From contig JANHCV010000016.1 in NCBI GenBank assembly GCA_025594325.1, positions 497,734 to 561,733 on the forward strand: a DNA stretch of 64,000 nucleotides, read 5' to 3'. Shown here piece by piece: positions 35,313 to 48,005 of the stretch (position 1 is its first letter; every line of letters starts with the position of its first letter). The stretch comes from Blastocladiella emersonii ATCC 22665 (Eukaryota > Fungi > Blastocladiomycota). The notes beneath the pieces were generated by a model that made no database searches, was not told where the DNA came from, and saw only the letters and a list, made by a program, of their open reading frames with translations. The position numbers were made by a program, and so were the translations under genes.

Positions 35313-35882
35313 CTACTTGCGGCCGCGGCCACGGCGCCCAACCATCTGGAAGCCGTCCTCGTCGACCACGGGCCCGCGCCGCTGCGGCTCGGCCTCAGTG
35401 CCATCCACCTGCATGCCGTCCTCGCCCGCGGGCGGGGCCGTGAGCGGGGCCGGCTCGTCCTCGCCGTCGCTGCCAGAGTCGTCCGAGTCGGAGTCGGCCT
35501 GGGCCGCGCGGCTGGCCGTCGGCAGGCGCGTGTTGGGGAACTGCTTGCGCAGGGCGTCGACGCGCGCGTAGTTGCCCGCGGCGCAGTCCTTGTACATGAG
35601 GTAGAGCACCTTGCCCATCTCGTAGCCCGAGTTGTCCTCGAGAATCGTCTTGAACTCCTCGCTCATCACGTCGTCGAGCACGTCGGCAATGTCGTCGACG
35701 TCGATCTTGTGGCCCTCGTCGACGAGGTACTCGGCCACTGTGTTCATGAACCACTTGGCCTTGTCCTCGGACTCGTGCCCGCCCCACCCCTGCTCCACGG
35801 CCGTGCGCAGGGCAAACCAGTTGGACAGGAGCAGCGTGACGCCGTCGTGCAGCTGCTGGGCGTGCGCAGAGTTCATGGCCAT
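35313..35882 (-). CDS. TSR2: Pre-rRNA-processing protein Tsr2
   Basis: WFALRTAVEQGWGG (WGG domain), DVMSEEFKTILEDNS and C-terminal VDEDGFQMVGRRGR. Confidence 0.9.
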   Translation of the reverse strand: MAMNSAHAQQLHDGVTLLLSNWFALRTAVEQGWGGHESEDKAKWFMNTVAEYLVDEGHKIDVDDIADVLDDVMSEEFKTILEDNSGYEMGKVLYLMYKDCAAGNYARVDALRKQFPNTRLPTASRAAQADSDSDDSGSDGEDEPAPLTAPPAGEDGMQVDGTEAEPQRRGPVVDEDGFQMVGRRGRGRK

Positions 35883-36093
35883 TGTTATGCGGGTTTCTTG
35901 AGGGTTCGCAAGTGGGGAGGGCGATGGCGTTGCAAAGAGGAACATCGAGGTGCCCATCGCAACGGGTCAGCGCGCATCACCTGACGGCAGCGCAGCCACT
36001 CGCATCTACGCGTTGCTCCCCGCCGTCGCCCTGCATCGCGACCATCACAGAGCGATCCCGACGTGAACGTGAGAACGTAACCACGAAGACACC

Positions 36094-37061
36094 ATGAAAA
36101 CGCCGCGCGACATCAAGAACAAGCACAAGCGCGAGGACGTGTACCACAAGCAGAAGGCGGAGCGCAACCGCGAGAAGCACGAGGAGCGCAAGCGGCGCAA
36201 GAAGCTCGAGGACGCCAACCCGGAGCTGCGCGAGGAGCGCCTCAAGAAGAACATCCCGCGCACCATCGAGAACGCCAAGGAGTACCAGGAGGCCATTGTC
36301 GGCGACGACGAGGAGGTGTTTGCCGACGAGGACACGGACGAGTTTGCCTCGTACTTCCTCGAGGGCCGCGCGCCCAAGATGTGCGTCACCACCAACATGC
36401 GCCCGAGCAAGGACCTGCACCAGTTTGCCAAGGAGTTTGCCCGCATGTTCCCGACCGCCGAGGTGCGCAAGCGCGGCGGTTTCGAGATCAAGGAGATCAT
36501 CAGCTACTGCAAGGAGCGCGACTACACGGACCTGATTGTGCTGCACGAGGACAAGAAGCAGGACGGCCCGAGTACGTATTCTGCATCGACCATGCGCGCC
36601 GTGACCGTGCTGACTTGTCGTCTCGCTGAACAGACGCGGCCATCTTCATCCACCTGCCCGACGGTCCGACCGCCTACTTCAAGCTGTCCAACATCAAGCT
36701 CTCGCACGAGATCAACGGCGGCCCTAAGGTGTCGCCGCACCACCCGGAGATCATCCTCAACAACTTCAACACGCGGCTCGGCCACACGATCGGGCGGTAC
36801 TTTGCGACCATGTTCCCGCCAGTGCCTGAGTTCGAGGGCCGGCAGGTCGTCACGTTCCACAACCAGCGCGACTTCATCTTCGTGCGGCGGCACCGCTACG
36901 TGTTCGAGAACAAAGAGAAGGTCAAGCTGCAGGAGCTCGGGCCCAAGTTCACCATGAAGCTGCGCTGGCTGCAGAAGGGCACCTTCGACACCAAGTACGG
37001 CGACTACGAGTGGTCGTTCGCCCAGAAGATGGAGACGTCGCGGAGGAAGTTCTTCCTGTAA
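36094..37061 (+). CDS. RPF1: Brix-domain 60S biogenesis factor Rpf1; one intron at about 36572-36632
   Basis: N-terminal [28 protein letters not shown] and PKMCVTT. After splicing it continues [70 protein letters not shown]. Confidence 0.92.
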
Positions 37062-37325
37062 GCGCTTGCCGCGGTCGTCGCTGCTCGCGTGCTCGACCTT
37101 GTCCCTGTATTATACTAGTAGAAACCCCTGTCTTTGGTCCAATCTGCGACTTTTCGTGAGTTTGCCATCGGATGGCCGGCGTGGAGAAGAGCGTCGCGCC
37201 GTGACGTAACCACGAGGGCCGCGCGTCGATCAACACGGCCGGCGACCGCTCCTCTCCCTCCCCTCACAAACCCTTGAACCTCAGGGACTACACCGCTCTC
37301 TGCAACGTTATCAACAACCTGAACC

Positions 37326-38264
37326 ATGCTCCGCACACTCGTGTCCACCGCCGCCGTGGCGCGCCTGCCGCGCGCGGCCTCTGCTGCCATGATGTCCACG
37401 GCCGGGCCATCGGGCTCCATCGACGACGTCCGCCAGACGCTCCTCAGCACGGCGCTGTCGCTCGTCCCCGAGCACTCCTTCACGGACAAGGCCATTGCCG
37501 AGGCCGCCAAGCTGCACAACTTCCCGCCCACGATCCGCGGCCTGGCCCCGCACGGCACCCGCGATCTCATCGAGCACCTCTTCGAGGAGGGCATCTCGGT
37601 CGTGCGCGCCGAGCACGAGCTTCTTCTCGCGTACGGCCTCGTCGGTGCAAGCAATTCGCGTTGCCGATGACTCACGGCGCCCATCGCGACGCGACGCGTG
37701 TAGCGAGAACCCCGACAAGAAGCCCGGCATGACCAAGACCGTCACGCACCTGTCGCGCAAGCGCCTCGAGTTCATGGCGCCGTACATCCAGCAGTGGCCC
37801 GAAGCTGTGAAGGTCCTGGCGCATCCGACCAACGTGCCGTTTGCGCTGCACCACCTGCACAAGCTCGTCGACGAGATGTGGTTCTTGGCTGGCGACAAGA
37901 GCTACGACGTATGAATTCTCTCCTCCGCTGCCACCCCGCCGCGTCGCTGACCCTCGCGTCAACCCGCGCGTAGACCAACTACTACACGAAGCGCGCGCTG
38001 CTCGCCGGTGTCTACTCGTCGACGGAGCTGTTCATGACGACCGACCGGTCGCCGGGCTACGCCAACACGTGGGCGTTCCTGGACGCGCGGTTCAAGGACT
38101 CGGCCAAGATCGGCAAGGCGTCGAGTCAGTTCAAAACCCAGGCCGAGTGGGCCGCCAACAACCTCAAGGGTATCCTCATGTCGGTACGCGCGATCCTGCG
38201 AGCTGCCGCTCCGCAACGAGCACTAACGCTTCCCCTCGCCATGTAGCGCGGTGTCCGGTTCTAG
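37326..38264 (+). CDS. COQ9: Ubiquinone biosynthesis lipid-binding protein Coq9 (multi-exon)
   Basis: Presequence, then RLEFMAPYIQQWPEA, HLHKLVDEMWFLAGDKSYD, NYYTKRALLAGVYSSTELFMTTDRSPGY..TWAFLDAR. Confidence 0.9.
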
Positions 38265-38286
38265 GGGAGTCGGAACGAGTATATCA

Positions 38287-40169
38287 TCACCCTTTCTTGT
38301 CGTCGTCACTCTTCTCCTTTTTGCCAAAGAATGCGGAAATCGATCGTTGCTTCGGATCCGCCGCCTTCTGCTTGGCCGCCGCCGTGACGCGCTTGGCCTT
38401 GGTCGACGCCGCGGCCTTGGCAGCAGCGCCCTTGCCCTTGGGCCTCTTGTCGAGGAGCGCGAGCGCCTTCTTCATCCCCGTCGAGACCGCATCCTCGTGC
38501 AGCTCGTCGACCGTGAGCCACCGCACCGCGCGCTCGCCGAGCTCGGCCGCGCTCACGTCGTCGCCGGTGCCCTCGGGACACCGCACGCGGTACACCTGCA
38601 TCGTTTGGCGGATGTGCGAGAAGAGGTGCACCACGGACCCGAGCGGCTCGAGCTCCGCGCTGTCGCCCGCGACGACCGTCGCGAGCGCCGCCACCGTGTC
38701 CATGTCCGCGCGGTTCGGGAACTCCCACATGCCCGCGAGCAGACCCGTCGCCGGCCGCTGCGACACGAGCAGCTTGCCATCGCCCGCGCGGTGCAGCAGA
38801 CACACGTGGATCGTCTCCTCGCGCGGCGCCTTCTTCTTGGGCTTGCGCGGGAAGTCGGTTGCGGTCGTCGGCGGGTCCGTCGCCGCCTCGGACCACGTTG
38901 AACACGCGTCGCAGGTGCAGCTCAGGTCGCGGCCCGGCGTCGCAGCCCAGCACGACGCGCGGATCGGGCATGTGTCGCAGCTCGGCGACGTCGGCGTGCA
39001 CACGAGCGCGCCGAGCTCCATGAGCGCCTCGTTGAACGGACCTGGTCGTGACGGGTCGACGAGCGCGGCCGCCAGTTTCCTAGATTCGAGTAGTTGGTAA
39101 GTGGGGTGGTCGAGGCGCAGCAGACTGAGGTAACGCACCAGTGTAGGTCGATGGACTTCTTGGCCTTGGGATCGCCGCCGAGCGCGCGCAGGCGCGAGAG
39201 CACGCGGACCACGTTCCCGTCGACGAGCGGGGCGCGCTGGCCGTACGCAATGGACGCAATGGCGCCCGCCGTGTACTTGCCAATGCCCCCAATCTCCTTC
39301 TCGAGCCGCTCGGCCGTCTCGGGTAGTGCGCCGCCGTACTTTTCGACGAGCAGTCGAGCCGACTCGAGCAGCCGGCGCCCGCGCGAGTAGTACCCGAGCC
39401 CGGCCCACGCCTGGTTGACCTCCTCGATGTCGGCCTCCGCGAGCGCGTGCACCGTCGGCCACCGCGCCATCCACTTTTCGTAGTACGGGATCACGGTCGC
39501 GACCTGCGTCTGCTGGCACATGATCTCGCTCACCCACACCTCGTACGCGCGCTGGCCGCGGTCGGCGGGCCCGGTGGCCGTCGTAGCAGGAGCGGCCGAG
39601 CTGACGGCGGGCGACTTGCGCTTGAGGCGAGGGCGCGGATCGGTGCCAGCGTCCGAGTCCTCGAACGAGCTACCGGCGTCGTCGTCATCGTCGTCGCTGG
39701 AGGAGGGGAGCTCGGCCTCGCTGGCTGAGGACTCGGCGGCTGAGGCGGGCCGATCCGCGCCGTCGTCATCGTCCGAGCCGTAATCGACCGTCAAACGCGC
39801 GCGCTTGCTCGCCTGCACGGCAGCTGCGCGGCGAGGGCGCTTCACTGGCGAAGACGGGTCCGCTGCTGGTGGCGATGCGGCAGCAGAAGCCTCGGGCTCG
39901 ACGCGCAAGGGCTTCGGGGAGGGCAGCACAAGCTCGGACACGGCGGCCGTTGCGACGGCGGGCGCCTCAGTCGACGTCGAGGCCTCGGGTTCGGCATCGA
40001 CGCCGCCGGACACGCTCGTGCTAGGGCCGTAGCGGCGCCACGGGAGGTCGCGGCGGTGGACGTCGAACCAGCCGAGCAGCTGCGAGCGGATGGCGGCCAG
40101 CTCGCGCGTCGCAAATGCGTGCGGCACGGGCGTGTCCTCGATGTCGGTCAGGTCATCGGCGCTACTCAT
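38287..40169 (-). CDS. MUTYH: A/G-specific adenine DNA glycosylase MutY/MUTYH; intron at about 39080-39140
   Basis: [52 protein letters not shown], the HhH motif [28 protein letters not shown], the Fe-S motif [17 protein letters not shown] and a NUDIX-like C-terminus [16 protein letters not shown]. Confidence 0.95.
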
Positions 40170-40380
40170 GTTTCATGGCAAGAAGGGCAGTCGATGAGAG
40201 AGAAGAGGGAGAAGGGACCACGAGCGAAGGTCGGCACCGACCACGGCTCAGCCAGCGCGGTATCCTCACTTCTCCCTCCTCACACCTTCACACTTCCATG
40301 AAGCAGGCGCCACCACGCCATAGTGAATGCAACGCGCCCTGATCTGTGCCACGAATCGACTTGCTCCGCTTTTGGCGACC

Positions 40381-41682
40381 ATGACGACGACCTTGCGCCT
40401 CTTCGGTTCGTGTCGCGGCCGAGCCGAGCCCTACTGCGACCCTGCATACTGACGAGCAGTCCGACGAGAGGACAGACATTGGACTGAACCTTACGGATCC
40501 CATGTTCCGTGGCGAGTACCATGGGAAGCAGAAGCACGCTGGTACGGCGCTCCGAGCAGGCCCGACTGCTCGGAGGAAGTCGCTGATGGACGGTTGCTGC
40601 ATGGTAGAAGACCTGGTCGCGGTCCTGGAGCGCGCCAAGGCGAGCGGCGTCGAGCGCATGATGGTGACGGGCGGCAACCTCAAGGAGTCGCGCGAGGCGC
40701 TCGCGCTGGCCAAGGAGCACGGTGCGGCGTCGTGTCCGCTCGTAAAGCACGACGGGGGCCACTCACCCTTGCTCGTGTAGACGGGCTCTACTCGACGGTC
40801 GGCGTGCACCCGACGCGATGCCTCGACTTTGGCGACGATCCCGACGCGTACTATGGCGAGCTCCTCGCGCTCGCGCAGGAGGGCAAGCGTGCCGGCAAGG
40901 TGGTGGCGATCGGCGAGTGCGGGCTCGACTATGACCGGCTGCATTTTTGCCCGGCCGACGTGCAGCGGACCTACTTTGCGCGCCAATTTGAACTGGCGCG
41001 CGAGACGGGCCTGCCCATGTTCCTCCACGACCGCAACCCCGGGAGTACGTGTCTCTGGGGTGCTTCACGGGTACCTGGCCGCTGACCATCGCCTCAACGC
41101 GTAGTGGACATGCACGAGCTGCTGAGCAAGCACCGCGACGCCTTTTCGACGGGCGTGGTGCACAGCTTCACGGGCACGGTCGAGGAGGTGAAGCGGCACC
41201 TGGACCTCGGGCTGTACATTGGCATCAACGGCTGCTCGCTCAAGACGGAGGAGAACCTCGAGATGGTCAAGGCGATCCCGCTCGACCGGTTGATGCTCGA
41301 GACTGGTACGCGCCCGGTCTGCAAGAGCTTGGTGGGCGACATGTCACTCATCCCGAGACCTGGTGTAGACGCGCCGTGGTGCGACATTCGTCCGACGCAC
41401 GCGTCGGCTGCGTTTGTCAAGGAGGCGGCCGCGGCGGGCCTCGCACCTGCCTCGCCCAGCGACGCGTACCCGTTCCCGGGCTACTTCTTCGCCGAGGCGA
41501 ACAGCGCCAAGAAGCCCGAGCGGCACCAGGTCGGCAAGATGGTCAAGGGCCGCAACGAGCCGTGCGCCATGATCAAGGTCCTGCTCGCGGTGGCGGCAGT
41601 GCGCGGCGAGGACCCCGCGACGGTCGCCGGGGCCGTGTGGGACAACGCGACGCGCGTTTTCTACCCGCACGTCGGCGCCTAG
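40381..41682 (+). CDS. TATDN1: TatD-family nuclease (TATDN1-like), multi-exon
   Basis: [83 protein letters not shown] and VKGRNEPC. Confidence 0.92.
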
Positions 41683-41968
41683 ATGTACTATACACATACG
41701 TTCATAGCCGAGAGGCCGTAGCGGCGGGAGGTTGTTGAAAGGGCGGGGCCGCGGACATCGGCGTCCCTGCCGCCGCCCACCGCGCAGCCCACCGCACACC
41801 CACCGCACACGAAGCGGGGGACGGCGGCCCCGGCTCGCACGCGCGCGCCGCCCTGCGCTTCGGCGCTGTTCCCCGTCCCTACAAACACCCCGCCGCACTC
41901 CCCCGCTCTCTCTTCGCGCAACCCGCAGCTCCGTCCTCTGCGCACCCTGACCCGCTAAACAACGTGCA

Positions 41969-44486
41969 ATGATGATGGAATACCTGTTTGGCGCGCCCGC
42001 CGTCAAGCCCGAGGTCTTCTCGATCGAGACGCCCGGCGCCCCCGACGTCCCCGGCGAGGGCAAGGTGCGCACGACGCGTCTCTGCGGGGGCCGCCTTCGT
42101 TCCTGTCCGCGGCCGGTTCGTGCTGACGCGTGAGGCCGCGCCCCCGATCGCCCCGTGTGTAGCCGCGCCGCGCCGCGTACCTCGGCGACAAGGAGCTCAC
42201 CAGCACGCCCCGCCGCAGTACGTCGTCCTGTTCCTTCCGCATCCTAGAGCATCCAGTTGACGCCGGTTACTTGCGCACCCGTGTAGCGCCCACCATCTGG
42301 GCGACGTTCGCCCGCTCCGCCAAGCTGTACGGCTCCCGCCCGTACCTCGGCCACCGCCCGATCGTCAACGGCACCGCGCTGCCCTACGTCTGGCAGACCT
42401 ACGCCGAGGTCGCCAACCGCGTCAACCACCTCGGGTACGCCCCTTCGTCCTCGCACGAGTCCGCTCCGTGTAGCGCAGCTCACACTCGTCGCGGCCCCCG
42501 TCTAGCTCGGCCCTCGTCGCCAAGAAGCTCAAGGCCGGCGCCAACGTCGGCATCTACTCGATCAACTGCCCCGAGTGGATGATCTCGGCCCTCGCCCTGT
42601 TCCGCCAGAGCATGGTCTCCGTCCCGCTCTACGACACGCTCGGCGACGAGGCCATTGTCCACATCATCTCGCAGACCGAGATAGAGCTCGCCTTCGTCTC
42701 CGTCGCCAAGCTCAACAACCTCTTCAAGGTGCGCGCCCAGATCCCGACCCTGCGCACCATCGTCACCTTTGGCGAGGTTGGCGAGGAGGTCGTCAACAAG
42801 GCCACCTCGCTCGGCATCGAGCTCATCTCACTTTACGAGATGGAGCACCTCGGCGCCAAGGCGCCCGCCCCCGAGAACCCGCCCGAGCCCAGTACGTTTC
42901 CTGTTCCTAATATTCTGCCTGACCGGACGCAGTGAGGCTTGACTCTGTGGCGCGTCGCGTCGCGTCGCGTCCTCGCCTACTTCTACTCACTCCATCCCCT
43001 CGACTGTGCAGGCACCATCTCTACCATCTGCTACACCTCGGGCACCACGGGCCCCCACCCTAAGGGCGCTGTCCTCACCCACCACATGTCGGTCTCGACC
43101 AACAACGCCGTCACCACCGCCATGAACGCCGGCAAGTTCCCGACCTTTGCCAACGGCGGCGTGCACTTCAGCTACCTCCCGCTCGCCCACGTCTTTGAGA
43201 ACACGGTCCAGGTCTTTGCCATCCAGCACGGTGGGTGCGTCGGCTTCTACCAGGGCGACACCCTCAAGATTCTCGAGGACATCCAGGAGCTCAAGCCCAC
43301 CTGCTTCATCTCCGTCCCGCGCCTCCTGAACCGCATCTACGACAAGGTCTGGGCCGGCGTTCGCGCCAAGGTACGGCCGCCACGGCTTCTCGTAGCGCTA
43401 CCGGCGCGAGACAAGACCGCTCACCTCATTCGCACGCTGTAGGGCGGTATCGGAGAGACGCTGTTCAACATGGCCTACAACGCCAAGCTCGAGTCGCTCA
43501 AGAACGGCTACAACACGAGCCTGCTGTGGGACACGCTCGTCTTCTCCAAGATCCGCGCCCTGCTCGGCGGCCGCGTCTCGTTCGTCCTGACGGGCAGTGC
43601 GCCGCTCAGCCCCGAGGTCATGCAGTTCCTCCGCGTCGCTCTCGGCGTCGAGGTCATCGAGGGATACGGACAGACTGGTACGCTTCGACGCATCCGAGCG
43701 CTCACTGCCGCCGTCCGTTCACTCACTCACGCGTTGCCCGTGTGTGTAGAGGTGCACGCTGCCGCCTGCATCACCTGGTCGGGCGACTACGAGGCCGGCC
43801 ACGTCGGCGTGCCGCTGCCGTGCAACGAGGTCAAGCTGATCGACGTGCCGTCCATGAACTACACGTCCAAGGACAAGCCGTTCCCGCGCGGCGAGATCTG
43901 CATCCGCGGGCACAACTCGTTCAAGGGCTACTACAAGGAGCCCGAGAAGTCGGCCGAGGCCGTCGACAAGGACGGGTGGGTGCACACGGGTGACGTGGGT
44001 ATGTGGGACGCGCGCGGCCGCCTCGTCATCATCGACCGCGTCAAGAACATCTTCAAGCTGTCGCAGGGCGAGTACGTGGCTCCCGAGCGCGTCGAGGGCG
44101 TGTACCAGCAGCACCCGATCGTCGCCCAGGCGTTCCTGTACGGCCACTCGCTCGAGTCGTACACGGTGACCGTCGTCGTCCCCGACGAGCCCGAGTTCAT
44201 CAAGTGGGCCGTCGCCAACCAGTTTGCACCGTCGGTCGAGGCCGCCGACTACAAGGCGCTCGCGGCCAACCCCGAGGTCGTCAAGAAGGCGCTCGCCACG
44301 CTCCAGGAGCACGGCCGCGCGCTCGGCCTCAAGGGCTTCGAGAACCCGCGCGCCCTGCACCTCGAGACGGTGCCCTTCTCGGTCGAGAACAACCTCCTCA
44401 CGCCCACGTTCAAGCTGCGCCGCCACGACGCCCGCGCGTACTACCAGGAGATCCTCGACGGCCTGTACCGCTCCATCAACGAGTAG
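41969..44486 (+). CDS. ACSL: Long-chain fatty acyl-CoA synthetase (ACSL type), multi-exon
   Basis: TICYTSGTTGPHPKGAVLTH, SYLPLAHVFE, GSAPLSPEV, EGYGQTE, RGEICIRG, GWVHTGDVG, IIDRVKNIFKLSQGEYVAPERVE and LLTPTFKLRR. Confidence 0.93.
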
Positions 44487-44768
44487 CGGGTGGCTCTCCA
44501 TCAATTTGCGTGTTTCCTGTCGTTCTATTATTCGAATCGTTTTCTTGCTGAGCTAATCGGCAACGTTCCCGGTGATGTGTGGGCAGGGGTGGTGCAAGGC
44601 GAGAGAGAAAATGCGTCTCACACTGCTCACATGATTTCGCGGCGCGTGGGCCAAGTGTCTCGCACCGCCACCGCCGCAGCTCCGGCACACACACACGCGC
44701 ATGATCGAGCACCCAATAGTTATGCTCTCTCCTCAATCGCAAATGTAACTTAACTTAATGCACCTATC

Positions 44769-46707
44769 ATGGATGAACGCCGCACCTCCGCCGCGAGCTC
44801 CGCGAGCTCCGATCCGAGCCCGAAGCCAACCGCGCGCAAGCGCGACAGTCAAGCTGGGCGTGCGAGTCGCGCAAAGTCTAGCTCGCTCATTTCTTTACCT
44901 CGGCGCGGACCACTGCGGTTTGCCGTTAGCGCGGCAATTCTCATCGCGACATGTGTCGTTGTGAGCGTCGTCGCTTTCATCACGGGAATCGTCTCCGTCA
45001 AGGAAAACCTCAGTAAGTGGGGATTCCCGCTGGCCGATAATGCGCGCGCTGTTTACAATGGTTTGACGTGGGGGCTCGGCGGCCTCCTCTTCCGTTCGCA
45101 CTATTCCATCGTTTACGGTGCTGTTTTCGAGTCGCGCGTCGTTCTGCTCGCGTACCGCTTCTATTTTCTCGGGCTAGCAACCGTCACGGCTGTACGCGTC
45201 GCTGTTGTTCAGCTCGGTGGGTCCGCGGAAGCCCACAGCGCTGCGGTCAAATTGTGCGACCACTTCTCGTACCTGTACTTGATGGTTGTCCTGCCTCTCG
45301 TGTTCTACACTCAAGTCAAGCATCTGGGTGCAGCATCGCCATCCCCGATCCCAAAGCAGAACCCGCTCTCGCTGTTCTGGGTCACCATGTTGGCCGCCGT
45401 CGCGTACTGGACCTCGTACCTCACGACCTCTACTACCGGAGCCGTCGTGGTCATGGCCGGGTCCTTCACCATCGCTATGCTCGCTTGTGTGATCGCGTAC
45501 CGCGCCATGGGCCGGCTCGACCTTTATTCTCGAAACTTTGGCTACTCGGCCCTGCTGTACATTGGTTACCATCTTACGCGCGGGATTCCGAAGCTCATGT
45601 ATACGGTCCTCGCCACCAAACCAGGCGCGGCGGCCGCGACGTGGGTGATCTTCGGGTTCCGCATGCTTTACGCGACCTTTGTCCTCTTCATCGACGAGTT
45701 TATGCTCGCCACGTTCGGCAATCCTATCCTGTGGGGAACTTTCTACACTCGCGTACGTAGCCGTGTCTGTGGGCCACGTCCGACCACAACAAACTGACGT
45801 CCGGGTCGTTGCCGTGTAGATTGGCGAGGCCCTGGTCACGATCTGCGCGGTCATGAACTACACCAACAACACGACCGACGTGCTCATCTACATGCTCGGC
45901 AACGTGATCATGACGTCGCTCAAGGACTCGGGCGTCGCCGAAGATCTGCGTTTCCTTCGAACCCACGGGTACTGCGTCCTGTCGCCGCCAACGACTATTG
46001 GCAGCGACGTCGACTCGGGGCCACGCGGCATCATGTCGACGACGGGTGCCGTCGCGGCAGAGTCTATGGTCCGATCGAGCATGGGCGCGGGCGCGACGAG
46101 CCTGCGGCGGACAAGCGACATTGACAGGGTCGCGTCAACGCCGCACTTGGCTGCGCAACCCGCCATCACGAGCAAGGCCGACAAGATCCAGCTCATGGCC
46201 TTCGACTTACGACTGCAGATTGCCCGCTCCGAGATGATGCTCATGGCGCGCGTCGGGGCAATCATCATCTACCTGGTCTGCCTCGGCGTCGCGTGCGCGA
46301 CCGGCCTCACCAACTCGACCAAGGTCCAGTTCCCGGCATCGACGATGATCGCGGTCGAGCTGCTCGTCGGCACGGTCATCGAGATTGTCGTGTCGCGCGT
46401 CGTGGCCACGTTCATCTTTCGGTGGAAGGTCGCACGGCTGCGCGGCCTGGCTGCCAAGGAGCAGGGGCTGACCAGCACGACAAGTGCAGCGGCCGCGTCC
46501 GTTAACGGGTCCGCGTCCGCCAGCCCGAACGGAAGCGGCAGCGTGGCCATCAACGCGGCGCACAAAAGACCGCCTTCGCCGCGCGGGATCCGGCTCGGCC
46601 TCGCGCTGTGGTCGACGGCGCTCCCGTCCAACACAGACTTCTTCTACCTGGTGCTCATGTCGTGCGCCTTCGCCTGCTCAATACAAATGGGGCCATGGAC
46701 TACCTGA
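44769..46707 (+). CDS. Hypothetical multi-pass membrane protein (~620 aa); intron 45753-45819
   Basis: ORFs 44769-45797 and 45853-46707 join in frame through a GTACGT...TAG intron. There are about 10 hydrophobic segments. No family recognised. Confidence 0.6.
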
Positions 46708-48005
46708 ACATGCAGTTGATCGGACGCGGCGGAGCGGAGCTCGCGAAGCGCGTGGCAGCCCACACGATTCATGGTCCCCCGAGTTCCGGTGGCTCTCGGG
46801 CTTTGAGCTTGTGCACTTTCCGAAGTGCGATGGGGGAAACAGGTCAGTCCATCAAGCCGCAGTGCAACGTGGCCGCCGTTGACGTGGCGACTCGGCGCGT
46901 CGCTTGGCGCGGACCGGCGTACATAAGGGCAGGCTCCCCCGACCGCCGTCCAGACCGCCTCCGTCGCTCGGCTTTCACTTTTGATGCAGCTGATTTTGGG
47001 TTACAACTCGGGGTCGCGCGAGGTCACGGATGAGGTCGACGCGGCCAGCGGCCAGAGCCCTCCCGCGCCGCCCGCCCGGCCACCGTCATGCGCCTCGTGC
47101 TCAACTAAACTCAGTGCTGGGCCGAGTTGACAGCGACGACCTTCTGCCCGCTCGCTCGGCGACGGGTGAGGTCGACGGAGTTCGTGGTGGAGGTGTGGGC
47201 AAAGTCGCGTCGCGCCTCACACGAGGCGGTGATGTCATCGGGGCCAAGCCACGAACAGATGCCACGACACAACTCCGCGAACGCAGATGCCACGCTTCAA
47301 CTCCGTTCACGCCCACCCGCACACAGCAACGTTTTGCGCTTCATGCAAAGTCGCCATCGCGTGCATCGTCGTGGCCCATGTGGGGAGCCTGTGGGCAGCC
47401 TGAATTCGCAGCGGATGCGCGGCGACGTCGTCACCAGGTCGGCTCGATGGAGTTTAGGCGCAGCATCCCTGGCGACGACGAGGGAGAGCGCTGCATGGCC
47501 GTCGTCGCCGTGCCCGCAGAGCTGCGGCCATCGTACGCCGCCAGGGAGCCATGATCAGGCTCAGATCGTTCGCGACGATGGCCGCCGTGGTCCTCGTCGT
47601 CAGGAAGCGTGAGGATGAGGGTCTAGCGCCCGACTTGAAGGTCGGTTGAGTTGAGCGATCGGCGGGCGGGCGGCAAGTTGAGACGGCCGCCTTCGCCACA
47701 CCCGGGCCTGCACCCGGGCCGCCGCCCCAGCCTCCCTCCCCTCTCGCTCTCGCCCCCCCCCCCCCCTCCCGCTCTCTCGCCCTCAGTTAAATAGGTGCCC
47801 TCCCCTCCTCCATCATTCTTAGATCGTCACCAGCACCGGCCGGCCTCCAACCCCTTCACCTCGCTCGCCCGTCGCCGTCGCCGCTGCTCCTCTGGGCCTC
47901 CTCCCCTCTTCCCCGAGGCGCCCGCTCTCTCCATCTCTCCCTGCAACGTTGCGAACGCTTCGTACTCGTCGCTGCTCTCTCCCCGGACCCGCCGCCGCCA
48001 TCACC

